A stretch of 64,000 bases of DNA from Candidatus Altimarinota bacterium (lineage in GTDB: Bacteria > Patescibacteriota > Gracilibacteria > JBDHUY01). The stretch lies in the NCBI GenBank assembly GCA_039809385.1, contig JBDHUY010000008.1, positions 33,251 through 97,250 on the forward strand. Direction: 5' to 3'. This document shows, one piece after another, positions 56,080 through 64,000 of this stretch. Numbering within the stretch: position 1 is the first letter of the stretch; every line of letters begins with the position of its first letter. A program made the position numbers and the translations under genes. Under the pieces are notes generated by a model. That model had not been told where the DNA came from. It did no database searches and saw nothing but the letters and a program-made list of their open reading frames with translations.

Positions 56080-57948
56080 ATGGCAGCAACTCCGACAACA
56101 GATCTTCTCCAATCGTCATTCCCGAATATATCGAGAGACCATCTGATATATGAGGTGATCAATGCTTCCTCCAATCAGCTGTTTTGGTCGTACTATTATA
56201 TTCTCAAGAAAAATGCGGCTACCACGACAGATCCGGTCAGGAAAAGCGCTCAGGCCAACCGCATAACAGAGTATACGAATTTTCTCAAAGAGAATATTTC
56301 GATATTTTTGAAACACGAAAGGATTGGTCAAAAAGAGAGCGATGAGATAATCGAAAATACCTTCAGCGTTTTGAATCATCCCAAAATCGAGTACGCAATC
56401 GTTACAGCCCCTTTCAGAAAAGCCGGAACGAACGATCAGGCAAATAGTGGCAGTATGATTGCCCGCAAGTTATTTGATACGGCTCTATCCGCTGTCAAGT
56501 CGCAAGATACTCTAACACAAGAGATTGCTCCGATCTCTTCGACCAAAGTTTCCTCAGCCCCGGCCAGAGAAGTAAAAAGTCAAGTACCCATACCGGAAAT
56601 CACCGCGTCAGTCATAGAACCGGAGAATACGGCTGATAGCGAATCCGAACCCCAATTACAATTGCAACAATCAGAGACCGCCGCGCTGGAAAAAGTATAT
56701 TCGACCGGTCTTGCCCGCCAAACGAACTTTCTGGGACAACTTCTGGAGGTTCGGGAATCAGATGAAACTTCAAAACCGGCAATTTTCGACAAAAGACTTT
56801 GGTCGGAATTGGTCGGTGCACCGACCAATTCCGTTATATCCGTCGAAGCAAAGAAGACTGGCGAGATAGCGGCAATACCAGCCGCTCTGCTATTAGACCC
56901 GCGCGGAGACGAAGCTCCCAAAAAACTGGCTCTGGGAAAAGTCTTCATCACGGCATTGGAAAAACAAAAAGAGCTCCCTACGACAATCACCACCGTCGTC
57001 AAAGATATCCCAACTATTGATCCGCTCAAAGGAACAACCGTCCCGATACCGCAAAGCGGCATAGTTCCCGATCGGTACCCCATTGAGACAATCGAAACCG
57101 ACCGTCTTACCGAACTCGCCACGATACTGGTTGAAAAAGTCGACGACTCGATTTCCGCTACGCTACAAAGTCCTGCCGCAGCCGACGTAGCCGAAAGCTT
57201 GTCATTGCCACTTCGTCAAGAAGAAGTAAGGATCGAAAGCGCAAAGCCCGAACAACATCGCGATGTAACCGGTTTTGGAGAGCAGTTACAAGAACAACTC
57301 GCGATTGAAAGATTATTGGAAACCAAGCCTGTTTTTTCAGAACTTCCGAAAAATACCCAACAATTGCTCATTTCCGCGGATCTGCAAAAACTCTACGAAA
57401 ACGATCCCGGCGCTGCATTATTTTTGCTTCGGGATAAATATCTGGCGGCAGGTTATGGCATCGGGTTAGGAGGAATGTTAAACCCACGCGAACTGATTCA
57501 GGCGGTGAAACAACAGGTGCTTCCGAGCGAGCCGTTCCGGGAACAATTGCGCGATCGGCTGGCTAACCGGCGTTTGGCGGCGTTGAATGCGGTCCGCTCA
57601 CATCAAACCGATAGGCAAGCGATACCTGAAGGCGAACAGGACGCTTTCAAGAAAGCCGAACCGCCTCCTCCACCGCCAGCTGCTGCACAAGTTCAAACAC
57701 CCGATTCTTCGTATCAATACCGGACGCAGCGCCCGGTTGAAACAGGCTCTGCAGGACGTGCCGCTTCGAGTTTTATGACCAAAACCGTTCGCCGGATCGT
57801 ACTGGCAACGGCCGGAGTGGGTGCGGCAGCGGTGGGAAGTGCCGTCGCGGCGACCATCGCCGGCCAGACGATTCTGGAAAAAGAAAGCCAGACACGTGTC
57901 GTAAGCAGTATTTTAATAGGAATGATTCACAAACTTTTTATCAGCTAA
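56080..57948 (+). CDS. hypothetical protein with C-terminal hydrophobic segment
   Basis: 622-aa ORF, low-complexity middle, VLATAGVGAAAVGSAVAATIAG. Confidence 0.7.
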   Translation: MAATPTTDLLQSSFPNISRDHLIYEVINASSNQLFWSYYYILKKNAATTTDPVRKSAQANRITEYTNFLKENISIFLKHERIGQKESDEIIENTFSVLNHPKIEYAIVTAPFRKAGTNDQANSGSMIARKLFDTALSAVKSQDTLTQEIAPISSTKVSSAPAREVKSQVPIPEITASVIEPENTADSESEPQLQLQQSETAALEKVYSTGLARQTNFLGQLLEVRESDETSKPAIFDKRLWSELVGAPTNSVISVEAKKTGEIAAIPAALLLDPRGDEAPKKLALGKVFITALEKQKELPTTITTVVKDIPTIDPLKGTTVPIPQSGIVPDRYPIETIETDRLTELATILVEKVDDSISATLQSPAAADVAESLSLPLRQEEVRIESAKPEQHRDVTGFGEQLQEQLAIERLLETKPVFSELPKNTQQLLISADLQKLYENDPGAALFLLRDKYLAAGYGIGLGGMLNPRELIQAVKQQVLPSEPFREQLRDRLANRRLAALNAVRSHQTDRQAIPEGEQDAFKKAEPPPPPPAAAQVQTPDSSYQYRTQRPVETGSAGRAASSFMTKTVRRIVLATAGVGAAAVGSAVAATIAGQTILEKESQTRVVSSILIGMIHKLFIS

Positions 57949-57956
57949 AACGAACT

Positions 57957-60449
57957 ATGCGCTCCACATTGATAAAAGTCAGTCTTCTGGGAATTGCACT
58001 GGGGATATCTCTGCTATCGGCATTTTTGACCAACTTCAAATACGATAGAGACACACAAAGTTTCACTCCAACAGTTTTAGCTCAAGACACGAATCCTGAC
58101 CCAAAATTTCCCGATAGCCCGGGAACGTCAACTCCTTCGAATAATAATGCTACAGCCGATCCAAAATTTGGTAATACGGCACAACAAACTCCCGCCGGAA
58201 CAAAAAACTCTCCGTTGCTCGAAGAAGTGACAAAATTACTGGAAATGGTGTTAACAACAGGGATGAGTCTGAATCTGCCAATCGTGATGATCATCGGAAA
58301 ACTGATCAGTAACGACTGGGTCTATCTGGAAGCCAACGTAGGCGGCGTTTTGAATACCATGTGGATCCTGGTACGCAATCTGGTGAATATCTCGTTTGTC
58401 GTCATTTTGATCATTGCGGCCTTTATGGCTGTGGTGGGTGCCGGGGGGGATAAGAGCAATTTCGCCATAAAATCGCTCCTGCCGCGTTTTGTGTTTGCCC
58501 TGCTGTTTGTTAATTTTTCGTTCTTAGTAGGAAAACTTCTACTGGATGCCGGAAATCTAGCCACGACAGCCACATTTTCCATGGTCAACGAAGTCGGACC
58601 GGCTATTACGCAGTCTCCCGGGACAGGCCTGAAAGTCGGACACCTGATGTGCTGGGCGCCTTCCAAGATAAAAGATATAAACGGAAACGACATAGCGAAT
58701 GAATTAACATTAGAGAAAGGAGCTTATTGCGATCCGGAAAAATACCCGAACCGATGTAAATGCTTAACCGGAAAATTTTTGCTTGGATTTGGAAAAGAGG
58801 CATATAAGGACCTGGATGAGAGGTACCAATTCGATCAAAACAAAGATAACGATTTGCTGACGACGAGCAAAGCTAAAGACTACGTATATGGATTTGTTCA
58901 GGATACGGAATCTCAAATAAAATACGATGACCCGATTTCCAGCATTGTTTTCAACGCCCGTAATGCCATGTTTATTTATTCATACAATATCTTCCGGCTG
59001 GCGGAGCTGCGCGATGCGGTTGACTCGAAGAATCTGTCGGCACAAGTAAGTTCGGAAGGAGGACTCGCCATTAACACACTGATCAGTCTGGCCATGGCGC
59101 TGATGTTGCTGATTTTGAACGCGGCCATGCTGATCGCGTTTGCCGTACGGATGGTACTGATATGGCTGCTGCTAGTATTCTCCCCAGTCGTGGCACTGGA
59201 AATCATTTTTCCCGACAAGGTGAAAGGCAAAATCCCGTTACTCAAAAACGGCTTCGTTCAGACCTTTGCCGGTCTGGCTTTTATGCCAGCGATCTGTGGG
59301 TTCATCCTGAGCCTAGGGTTCATCATGTTTCAGGTATTAAAATCCCAACCTATCTTGAATCTGGGATCTATTTCTATCGGCGTATTTACCATCGTCACCA
59401 AAGGCGTCCCGATTCCAGGCTTCGGATCGCTGCAAGAATTGATATTGGCCTTCGTTATCATGATCATCGTCTGGATGTCGATCTTCGCCGCACTGAAAAC
59501 AAATGACTACGTCGGGAAGGCGGTCAAAGGGATTGAAGATTTTGGTTCGGGGCTGGCAAAAATCGGAAAAGATGCCATCAAAAACGTTCCCATTATTCCT
59601 ACCCCGTTTGGCAAACTGGCTTCGGCTGAAAGCCTTCGCCGGGTACCTAGCCTGATTCAAAGTCAGATCAATAAACAATCCGATGAAGATCTGAAGAAAT
59701 TATTGAAAGATACGCCGCTGGAAGGGTTGCTGAATTTAAAAATTCCCTCAGAGTTCGAACAGACGCTCAATCAGCTCTCCAGTAGCGTGAAAGACGGTAA
59801 AATAGCTCTGGAGGGTGATGTCAGGAAAAAGGCAATTGAATTCTTTGCAGCGCTGCCGAGTTTTGCGGGAAACTTATCGAGCGAGCAACGGGATAATCTG
59901 GTAAAAGTAACGAATGCCCTTGGCATACGAGAAGACCTGGTTACAGATTTGATTACAAATCCGGCGGATCCCGATGCTCGTAAGAAATTTATCGACGCTA
60001 TCAAGAAAAAAGATCAAAAATTAGGCACTGATATTGAACAAGCTTTGCAATCAAAAGCTGTATCCAGTTCACAAGATGCAACGCAACAGGCTAATTTTGA
60101 GAAGACAGACTATAAAATCAATAATGACGACTCAGGGGGCATCGTTACGTTCACAGCTAAACAAACCGGGAGCGATAAGAAAGAACGCACGGCCAAAGAT
60201 GTCACGATCAGGATAAAGAAAGGAGAAAAGACAAAAGATGAAGTACGAGCGCAAATTGTGGAAGAACTTAAGAAAAAGGAGATTGTAGTCACACCGGAAG
60301 ATAATCAAGTTACTGCAATCATTGATAAGATTTCACCTTCTCATTTCAAACCTGAACCAACAACACCCACCACCACACAAACTCCCCCTCCCTCGACTAC
60401 CGGCAGTAATCCCGGCGCTACACCACCTCCAGCTCCGACCGCGCCCTAG
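57957..60449 (+). CDS. polytopic membrane protein, VirB6/TrbL-like CPR family
   Basis: W.LVRNLVN..FVVILI, K.LLPR...ALLFVNFS..GKLLLD, RMVLIWLLLVFSP pattern; many TMs; Pro/Thr tail. Confidence 0.6.
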   Translation: MRSTLIKVSLLGIALGISLLSAFLTNFKYDRDTQSFTPTVLAQDTNPDPKFPDSPGTSTPSNNNATADPKFGNTAQQTPAGTKNSPLLEEVTKLLEMVLTTGMSLNLPIVMIIGKLISNDWVYLEANVGGVLNTMWILVRNLVNISFVVILIIAAFMAVVGAGGDKSNFAIKSLLPRFVFALLFVNFSFLVGKLLLDAGNLATTATFSMVNEVGPAITQSPGTGLKVGHLMCWAPSKIKDINGNDIANELTLEKGAYCDPEKYPNRCKCLTGKFLLGFGKEAYKDLDERYQFDQNKDNDLLTTSKAKDYVYGFVQDTESQIKYDDPISSIVFNARNAMFIYSYNIFRLAELRDAVDSKNLSAQVSSEGGLAINTLISLAMALMLLILNAAMLIAFAVRMVLIWLLLVFSPVVALEIIFPDKVKGKIPLLKNGFVQTFAGLAFMPAICGFILSLGFIMFQVLKSQPILNLGSISIGVFTIVTKGVPIPGFGSLQELILAFVIMIIVWMSIFAALKTNDYVGKAVKGIEDFGSGLAKIGKDAIKNVPIIPTPFGKLASAESLRRVPSLIQSQINKQSDEDLKKLLKDTPLEGLLNLKIPSEFEQTLNQLSSSVKDGKIALEGDVRKKAIEFFAALPSFAGNLSSEQRDNLVKVTNALGIREDLVTDLITNPADPDARKKFIDAIKKKDQKLGTDIEQALQSKAVSSSQDATQQANFEKTDYKINNDDSGGIVTFTAKQTGSDKKERTAKDVTIRIKKGEKTKDEVRAQIVEELKKKEIVVTPEDNQVTAIIDKISPSHFKPEPTTPTTTQTPPPSTTGSNPGATPPPAPTAP

Positions 60450-61500
60450 ATTTTTCGCTCCCGCTACGCGGGGCTCAGAATGACATACAGTCCCCTGTCA
60501 TTCTGAGCGAAGCGAAGAATCCGGTACTCCCAGTACACCACTCTCTCTCAGGAAAAGCACCCAGTCCACCGGACGCAAAGGACTCACCTGCCGTACCCCT
60601 CCATCCAACCATCTCGAAGAACTCCTGCCCTCTTTCTCTTGAGACAAAAACCCCGTTTGTCTCTTTTTTTATAATTCCATCATACAAAACAGTTACCCTG
60701 ACCCCAGTCATTCTGAGCAAAGCGAAGAATCCCGTACTCCCAGTAAATCACTCCCACCCAGGAAAACCACCGAGTCCCCCAGACACACAGAGTACCCCCC
60801 ACAGCTCCGCTTCAAGCCATCCACGTGACTCTTCACTCCGTTCAGAGTGACAGACAGTCCCCCGTCATTCTGAGCCCCGCTCCTTTCTCCGTCCCCGTCA
60901 TTCTGAGCGAAGCGAAGAATCCCGTACTCCCAGTACACCACTCTCTCTCAGGAAAAGCACCCAGTCCACCGGACGCGTTGCTCAGAACGAGGAACAGACA
61001 CGATTATGAATCGACAGAAACATGAAACACCAACGCCACTATTATGTCTATATCCTCACAAACAAAATAGATACTGTCCTATACACAGGTGTTACAAACA
61101 ACATATACCGACGTCTCCATGAACACCAATCAAAAAGAAATCCAACCAGCTTCACCGCCCGATACAATGTGCATAAACTAGTCTACATCGAAACCACCAA
61201 CAGCATTCTCACTGCTATTGCTCGTGAAAAACAAATCAAAGGCTGGCTACGCGAAAAAAAAGAAGAACTGATCCGATCCACAAACCCCGCGTGGAAGGAT
61301 CTGATAGAGGATTCGAGAGAATACCGTGACTCTTCACTCCGTTCAGAGTGACAGGCAACCCAGCTCCGAGCGCCGCCTCCTAAAAGTCATTCTGAGCGAG
61401 AGCGAAGAATCTGCCCTTTTGCTGCAGCGAGAGTGAAGGATCCCGTACTCCCAGGAAACCGCTCCCATTCAGGAAAAGCGCACACTACGAGAAAGACAAT
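60448..61500. repeat. array of GTCATTCTGAGC..GAAGAATC REP-like palindromes surrounding a GIY-YIG gene
   Basis: copies at 60497, 60707, 60864 (partial), 60897, 61386; inverse partners at 60448-60485, 60824, 61325; 80-bp near-identical direct repeat 60497-60576 / 60897-60976. Confidence 0.85.
61022..61351 (+). CDS. GIY-YIG nuclease family protein (YhbQ/UPF0213-like)
   Basis: YYVYILTN..LYTGVTNN..RR..EH, FTARYN..KLVYIE, AIAREKQIKGW, NPAWKDL. Confidence 0.92.
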   Translation: MKHQRHYYVYILTNKIDTVLYTGVTNNIYRRLHEHQSKRNPTSFTARYNVHKLVYIETTNSILTAIAREKQIKGWLREKKEELIRSTNPAWKDLIEDSREYRDSSLRSE

Positions 61501-61506
61501 CCTCCC

Positions 61507-62934
61507 CTACTTTCCGATCGTAAAGACGCGCACCTCGTCCATTGCCCCCTCTTTCAGCTCTTTTTCAACCGACACAAACACTAATTTATCCCCTTTCTGT
61601 AAACGATAATTCTTCATTAAAAATGGTACAGTGTGCGTAAATTTTTTCTCAAACGTCTTCAAGATATGTACGTCATTCATCCCATAAACCAGGGATAACT
61701 GCTGCTTCACTTTTTGGGAAAGTGTGAAAACAATCATGGGAATAGCAGGACGGAAACGTGCTACCTGAAGTGCCGTGAAACCGCCGATCGTAAAGACTAC
61801 TATAAATTTTGCTTTGATATCTTTGGCCAACTGCATTCCATGAAATCCAACTGCCGTAGTGGAAAAATCGGATTGACTTAGATAAGTATCCGCCCAAGTA
61901 AAACCGCCCAAATGTGCATGTTTTTCAACCTCCAGGGCCGTCGCATGCATCGCCTGAACCGCTTTGACCGGGTAACTCCCCATAGCGGTCTCTTCGGATA
62001 ACATGACCGCATCGGTCCGGTCGAAGATTGCGTTCGCCACATCACTGATCTCAGCCCGAGTCGGAACAGGCGAAGAGACCATGCTCGACAACATCTGCGT
62101 AGCTACAATAACCGGCTTACCATAGAGATTGCACAAATGGATCAGTTTTTTCTGAACCAGCGGAACCTGTTCAAACGGAATTTCAACCCCCATATCGCCA
62201 CGGGCGACCATGATCGAATCGACTTCTTGAACTATCTCCTCCAAATTCGGAATAGCCGCTTTTCTTTCCACTTTTACCATAGTTCTCACGGTTTTCTTAC
62301 TCGCGGCAATAAGTTTTTTCAATTCAACAACGGCTTTGGCGTCGGAAACAAATGAGATAGCCACATAATCGATATCCTGAGCAAGGCCAAAATCAAGATC
62401 CCGCTTATCCTTTTCGGTAATCGGACTGGCTTTGATCTCACTATCGGGAATATTGACCCCTTTAAAATTGATCACTTCTCCGCCATTAATTACTTTCAAT
62501 TTGACCCTCGGGCCTTTTTTGGACAGGACTTTCAGCTCCATTTTTCCATCCGCAACCAGTACCCTTTCACCGGGTTTTACACACTCTGAAAAAGGTTTCC
62601 ACTGGACCGGAATCTCATTTTCGGTATAGTCGTCCGCGGTAGTAAAAACGACCTCCTGTCCGGTTTTGATAACAAAGGGAACTTTTTTCAGCTTGCCTGT
62701 ACGGACCTTGGGACCGCACAGATCCTGTACTATCGTGATATTTTTACCAAGTTTTTTCGCTATAGTGCGAATTGTTTTGATGAGTTTCGCATATTTCGTA
62801 TACTGATCGGGAGTTACATGGGAAAAGTTGAGACGCACGACATTCATCCCGGCCTTCATCAATTTTTCCAGCATTTCCGGACTATCCGAGGCAGGCCCGA
62901 TAGTACAGACGATTTTGGTTTTGCGGTCAGACAT
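61507..62934 (-). CDS. pyk: pyruvate kinase
   Basis: KTKIVCTIGPAS, RLNFSH, DLCGPKVRTG, MVARGDMGVE, ATQMLSSM, PTRAEISDVANA. Confidence 0.97.
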   Translation of the reverse strand: MSDRKTKIVCTIGPASDSPEMLEKLMKAGMNVVRLNFSHVTPDQYTKYAKLIKTIRTIAKKLGKNITIVQDLCGPKVRTGKLKKVPFVIKTGQEVVFTTADDYTENEIPVQWKPFSECVKPGERVLVADGKMELKVLSKKGPRVKLKVINGGEVINFKGVNIPDSEIKASPITEKDKRDLDFGLAQDIDYVAISFVSDAKAVVELKKLIAASKKTVRTMVKVERKAAIPNLEEIVQEVDSIMVARGDMGVEIPFEQVPLVQKKLIHLCNLYGKPVIVATQMLSSMVSSPVPTRAEISDVANAIFDRTDAVMLSEETAMGSYPVKAVQAMHATALEVEKHAHLGGFTWADTYLSQSDFSTTAVGFHGMQLAKDIKAKFIVVFTIGGFTALQVARFRPAIPMIVFTLSQKVKQQLSLVYGMNDVHILKTFEKKFTHTVPFLMKNYRLQKGDKLVFVSVEKELKEGAMDEVRVFTIGK

Positions 62935-62939
62935 AGAGT

Positions 62940-63030
62940 GGTATTAAGTATAAAGTATCTAGTATTAAGTATCTGGTATGGGGCATGCTTTAAAACTTTA
63001 AGAACTTTAGAGACTTTTAACTTTTTAGAC
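62940..63030. repeat. GTAT heptamer array followed by ACTTT nonamer array
   Basis: ggtattaagtataaagtatctagtattaagtatctggtat and ctttaaaactttaagaactttagagacttttaacttttt between divergent genes. Confidence 0.7.
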
Positions 63031-63050
63031 CATTGCTACTTCTTCGTCTT

Positions 63051-63785
63051 ATGACTTATTCCCAACGCCAGAAGAGTATAGAAAAAGTCAGGCACGATTA
63101 CAATAAAATCGCAACACACTATAGCCAGACCAGACGAAAACAAAATATCATCGAACTGTCTCTGCAACGAGTTCTTCCATTTCTAAAGCCAAGAATACAT
63201 ATATTGGATTTAGGCTGCGGTTCGGGAAAGATGTATGCGTTTTTACAAAAACATTGCGCACAATTTTCTTATATCGGTCTAGATATATCGGAGAATTTGA
63301 TTAAAGAAGCATGCAAAGATTTTCCCTCCGAACTGTTTATGGTCGGAGATATGACCAAAGCTCAAACGAAAAATACATACGACCTGGTGTGCATGGTTGC
63401 CAGTTTCCATCATCTACCGGATAGACAAAGCCGGTTGGATTGTCTTTCAAGCAGTTACCAAAGTCTGAAACCGGGCGGAATCGTTTTCATGACCAACTGG
63501 AATCTATGGCAGTTTCGTTTTTGGAACTATATTCCCGGCAATCTCTTACGTTTTCTGTTTCATCCGCGCACTGAGAACCCGCAAGATTTTTTTATTCCGT
63601 GGGGAAAGGCCGCAGAAGCCGAAAAGATCGAACGTTATTATCATGCGTTCCTTCTCGGCGAGTTAGCCAATTTGGCCAAAAAGACAGGCTTTGAAATTTT
63701 AGAAAACACCTATACAAAAGGCAATAAACCTGCTAGGATTTTTGACGCGGAAAACATTGTCACAGTTTTGAGAAAACCTTGTTAA
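63051..63785 (+). CDS. class I SAM-dependent methyltransferase (Trm9/ALKBH8-like)
   Basis: YNKIATHYSQTR, ILDLGCGSG, ASFHHL, LKPGG..MTNWNL, RYYHAF; ORF track start 63033. Confidence 0.85.
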   Translation: MTYSQRQKSIEKVRHDYNKIATHYSQTRRKQNIIELSLQRVLPFLKPRIHILDLGCGSGKMYAFLQKHCAQFSYIGLDISENLIKEACKDFPSELFMVGDMTKAQTKNTYDLVCMVASFHHLPDRQSRLDCLSSSYQSLKPGGIVFMTNWNLWQFRFWNYIPGNLLRFLFHPRTENPQDFFIPWGKAAEAEKIERYYHAFLLGELANLAKKTGFEILENTYTKGNKPARIFDAENIVTVLRKPC

Positions 63786-63787
63786 AA

Positions 63788-63877
63788 GGAGAGATCGCAT
63801 AGTGGTCGAGTGCGCTCGCTTGGAAAGCGAGTAGGCTAGCAATGGTCTCGGGGGTTCGAATCCCCCTCTCTCCGCCA
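63788..63877 (+). tRNA. tRNA-Ser (GGA)
   Basis: acceptor GGAGAGA/TCTCTCC, anticodon arm CTCGC-TTGGAAA-GCGAG, long variable arm, GGTTCGAATCC, encoded CCA. Confidence 0.96.
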
Positions 63878-64000
63878 GTTAGGAAATGTCTTTGTTGGCT
63901 CGCCCTCTGCGAGGGCTCGCCAGCCGATTTTAAGCGCAAATTGGAATTTTTTATCTTTCAAAATGAAGTTCGAGCCGATATTTTTTAGGAATGCTCGGAT

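Noticed and set aside
60475-61025. Short ORFs 60475-60720, 60708-60941, 60825-61025 and 23202-23468
   Set aside because: They are translations of palindromic repeat DNA rather than genes
60448-61500. CRISPR array
   Set aside because: Repeats occur in both orientations with irregular spacing and repeated spacers; no cas genes in the window

Overview
Bacterial chromosomal window read in genetic code 11 (TGA terminates secA and other genes). Gene content and style suggest Patescibacteria/CPR, possibly Peregrinibacteria-like, which is an inference. Housekeeping genes are frr, rseP, a pepD-like M20 peptidase, a DEAD-box helicase, radA, secA, an AMP phosphorylase and pyk, plus tRNA-Gly(GCC) and tRNA-Ser(GGA). 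The most striking feature is a ~16 kb minus-strand cluster (5.5-21.9 kb) of exported proteins carrying cohesin-like and dockerin-like modules, with no recognisable catalytic domains. They use three anchoring modes: lipoprotein, N-terminal TM and a C-terminal 'SGP'-TM sorting signal. A sortase is encoded at 48.4 kb, so this may be a non-enzymatic, cellulosome-like surface scaffold. The window also holds a membrane-anchored GH18 chitinase, an apparently catalytically dead histidine kinase, an AT-rich HEPN-motif gene next to mazG, and a Maf-like gene split by one in-frame TGA. Small repeats are dense: GTAG-REPs with a RAYT remnant, GTCAT/dRS3-like palindromes around GIY-YIG genes, and heptamer/nonamer tandem arrays around a frameshifted four-helix-bundle gene. 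All domain calls come from motif recognition by eye; no database searches were run.
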